This document shows, in pieces, positions 60,742 to 64,000 of a stretch of 64,000 nucleotides of DNA. The stretch spans positions 310,001 through 374,000 of the forward strand of contig NIVC01000521.1 in NCBI GenBank assembly GCA_002269645.1, read 5' to 3'. Under the pieces are notes generated by a model. That model worked only from the letters and a program-made list of their open reading frames with translations, did no database searches and had not been told where the DNA came from. The DNA is from Macrostomum lignano. Taxonomy: Eukaryota. Within the stretch, counting starts at the first letter, position 1; each line of letters starts with the position of its first letter. The position numbers and the translations under genes were made by a program.

Positions 60742-63700
60742 GCGTCTTATACAGTGTTCGGCAAAAGAGAAATCGAAGAGACACTGGAAAACTTCAACCA
60801 GCAGCAACAAAGAGATGATAAAGAGAGACTGGAGCCAGTGGACCAATGGAGCAGTACTATAATAGACAAACTGAAGCTCACAGAAGACCAGGATCTTCTT
60901 AGCGTTGACGCTGAAGTTGCTACATCACAGATTCTCCCTACTACAGACAATGAGAAAACAAAGGAAGCCCTCAGGCAGTTCTTTTTTCAGTACCTCAACG
61001 AAGTCAAGTATTTTAGATGCATAGAACACATAAAAGCAATTCTATTTGAGTTTCTTTCCGACCGCAACACAAAGAGAAAAATCGAGCTGCTCAAACAACG
61101 CATAGAAATTCTAAAGACAATGAAGCCGACCCTCACCGGCGATGAACTTGAAAGGTCAATTCGAGATCTGCAAAATTTGCATCAATTTCACCAGTCTATG
61201 AAGGAATTACCGGACTGGTGCAGTTTAGACTTCGAATTCTTCGATATTTTTGCAGCTCTGTTAAAACTGAGTCCTGCCTTGCTACCGATTCGAGAAGATC
61301 TCGTACAAGTATTCAAAGAGGCAGGATTGCTGGAATATGTATTTGATAAAATTTGCATCAGCAAAATCACGGAGATCAGGTGCACTGATGGTCTACCTGC
61401 AGTATCTCCAGCTTTGAGAATGCTGAGCTCTTTGGCTGTTTTCGACTCAAGAGCTCGAAATACAATCGGCGGTTCGACAGAAGTGCATGATGCGATCCGA
61501 CCAAAAGAAAAAGAAAAAGTGTCCTGGATAACGTTGCAGAAAGCAAGTTCCTTTGCCCATGCCCAGAAAAGCAATGCTAAACAGTTGCATCCAGTCGATG
61601 TACTCTTTGCCAGTTTCTTGTGCTGTGATGCGGAAGTGAAGCAGTTTCTGTGCCAGCGGCTGTTTCAATGCAAGCTGGCTTTTCCATTTCTTTACGCGAA
61701 TGAGTTCAATGAGCTCGTTCAGAGTGACTGGATTCTGGGCGATATCACTTTGGAATTTGAAGGTTCTGATAGAGAGCCGAAACGAATTTGTCTTGGATCT
61801 GCTTTTGCAATGCAAATCGAGAAGCAATCAATCACAGACAGTTTAGCTCCTCAACAACAAGCACCTGTTGTTGATGACACAAGCACAAGCACAAGCAACA
61901 ACAAGCAACTTCCAGTAATATCCTTCCTAAGAACTGGAGACTTAAAAGTTTCGAAGTCTCAGATTTTAAGCAAACTGTTGAGCTCCGAAACACTCGATAC
62001 GCATGTGTTCTTCCACCGAGAGTGCACAAACGGAAAGGCATTGCGGATCTGTTCAAGTGGACTTGTCGAAGCGGCTGTTTGGTTTAAAAAACCTGTGGGT
62101 GACAAGCACCACAATGCAACACCATACTTGGTGTTAAACTTGCGAGGAGATGCCAAGAAACACGATGCGCAGACAGAAAAAATGGCAAAGCTGTCACAGT
62201 GCTGTGTCTTGTTTGGCGGTTTAGACGAATTTTCTAAACCCGAAACCGTCCAATTTGTGGAGACACTTCACCACAAAGCAAAAAAAGTTCTGCTTTTTGT
62301 CCTCGAGCCATTAAAAGAAGTGGAAAACAGAGACGCTTTTCAAAGGTACGAAGAACTACAATTGAAGACAGAGTTTTTATTCGATCCCTCTGTTGCAGAA
62401 ATCTGCTCAACTGTTCATTCCGCTCTGGACGAAATTCTTTCACCTGCAGGCGATTTTCAGCAAATGCCAAGAGTTCAGGAAGCCGTAAAGCTTAAAGATT
62501 TTCCTGACTTTGTGATGAATTCCGCAAGAGAAGTATTTAGCCACGTGATGAGTGGAAAATTTGGCCGTAAAAATATCCTTGCACTTCAATCTTCAGCTGA
62601 ATCGCATGTGCATACAGACGAAAAGAAAGTTTTTCGTTACTTCAAATTAATGGCAAAGCTGATTACCAGTGGAAAAGATCCTGAGTCAGTTTTAGCAGCT
62701 CAACAGACGCTGTACCAATCTCAAGTAACCGCCTATGAAACCAATGGTACTTTCTTAGCCAATTTTGTGACGCAACTGCACAAGCTCCGCAGAACAAAAG
62801 CAGTGTTTGTCAAAATAAGTTTGTTTTCACTAAAATTTGCGCTGGATGAGCACTCATTCAAGCAAAACGAAAAGCTTTTACAAGCGGAGGACAATCTAAA
62901 GAGGTGCCCTGATAGCGATTTTAATAAGAAAATATCCCTGGAAGAACGTGTAGAGAAAGCAAAGAAGGCTTATTTGGAAGCATCGATTGACTTGAATTGC
63001 CTACTTAGAGAAGTTGGCCTATTATTTGAATCCCATGCTCAGATCAATGAGACAAATATGCCGCATCAGATTCAACGCCTGCCAGGCATATTCGCGTCCC
63101 TATTGCTGTCAGGAATGCCAATTGAACTGTTGGATGGAACTCTCGGAAACATTCCCATGAAATGGATTTCAGCTGTCTTGCTCGAGTGCAAGCGGCAAGC
63201 TGGTGACAAAAAGATATTTGTCGTGTCAGTTCTCGGAATTCAAAGCTCAGGAAAGTCCACTCTGCTTAACACAATGTTTGGCATGAGACTCCCAGTGAGT
63301 GCAGGTCGCTGCACCCGAGGAGCTTTTCTGCAGCTTGTGCATGCAGACCAGAGCTCACAGCTCCCGTTTGACTACCTTGCTGTCATTGACACTGAAGGCA
63401 TTATGTCTGTTGAAGACAGTTCAGATAACTACTTCCGAGATAACGAATTCGCCACACTAGTGCTTGGATTGGCAGACGTCACTCTGATTACAATGAACGG
63501 AGAGGACTCCCCTGAGATGCGAAATGTTTTACCGATTGTGATCAAAGCATTTATTCAGATGATGCAAGTCAACAAAGAGTTAGGGCTAAAAAGACATTGC
63601 ATCTTCACGCATCAGCATGTGAGTGAACCAACAGCAGGTCATAGAATGCAGAGTGGTATTGCTGCAAGGCAGGATAAACTAGAAAAATTTACTAAGGCTG

Positions 63701-64000
63701 AATCAATCAAGGCAGGTCTCGGAGAAAAAAGCTTTTCTGATATTATTTCGTTTTCACCTGAGTCCGACGTATTCCTGTTGCCTGGTCTATGGCTTGGCAA
63801 CCCACCTGCTGATCCTGTGAACACAGTATATTCAGAAAAAGTTCAGGCTTTAAAGCAACATCTTATTCAGTTATCGAGAGATCCTCATGTACCGCTTCAC
63901 TCTTTTGAAGACTTTGCCTGTCGAATTGAAGACATTTGGAACGCCGTTCTAACCCAAAACTTTGTATTTAGCTATCGAAATAGCATTGAAATGAAAGCTT
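60742..64000 (+). CDS. Very large inducible GTPase (VLIG / GVIN1 / URGCP family), 3'-incomplete
   Basis: Stop-free frame from acceptor AG 60739-60740 to the window end (>1080 codons; absent from the track because it has no stop). HPVDVLFASFLCCD..QCKLAFP, FFHREC..SGLVE..NLRGDA, LREVG..FE, GMPIELLDG..PMKWISAVL, G1 GIQSSGKS 63235-63258, AGRCTRGAF, G3 DTEG 63388-63399, DNEFATLVLGLADVT. Confidence 0.92.

Overview
Eukaryotic (invertebrate animal) genomic DNA with spliceosomal introns, GC-rich exons in an AT-rich background and many transposons; the style suggests a flatworm such as Macrostomum, which is inference only. The first 31 kb is a head-to-tail trimer of one rolling-circle transposon family. 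It has a large member (<1-19183) encoding a spliced OTU + Rep(HUH) + PIF1-helicase protein, broken by frameshifts at about 13.0-13.6 kb, followed by two non-autonomous derivatives (19184-24844, 24845-31026) filled with a 51-53 bp satellite. The termini (5'-TT + 11-bp subTIR ... subTIR + hairpin + CTAG-3', then T) match the proto-Helentron architecture as I recall it from oomycetes. The rest of the window holds: a hAT element with a nested dead mariner; a 3-exon DDX20/Gemin3 gene whose two introns carry the same minisatellite in opposite orientations; an orphan coiled-coil ORF; three CLCC1/MCLC-like paralogs interleaved with SINEs and MITEs; a 379-bp inverted-repeat foldback element; a 4-exon secreted LamG-domain gene on the minus strand; and a very large inducible GTPase (VLIG/GVIN1/URGCP family) ORF running off the right end. 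No CRISPR array, rRNA or intact tRNA gene was found.
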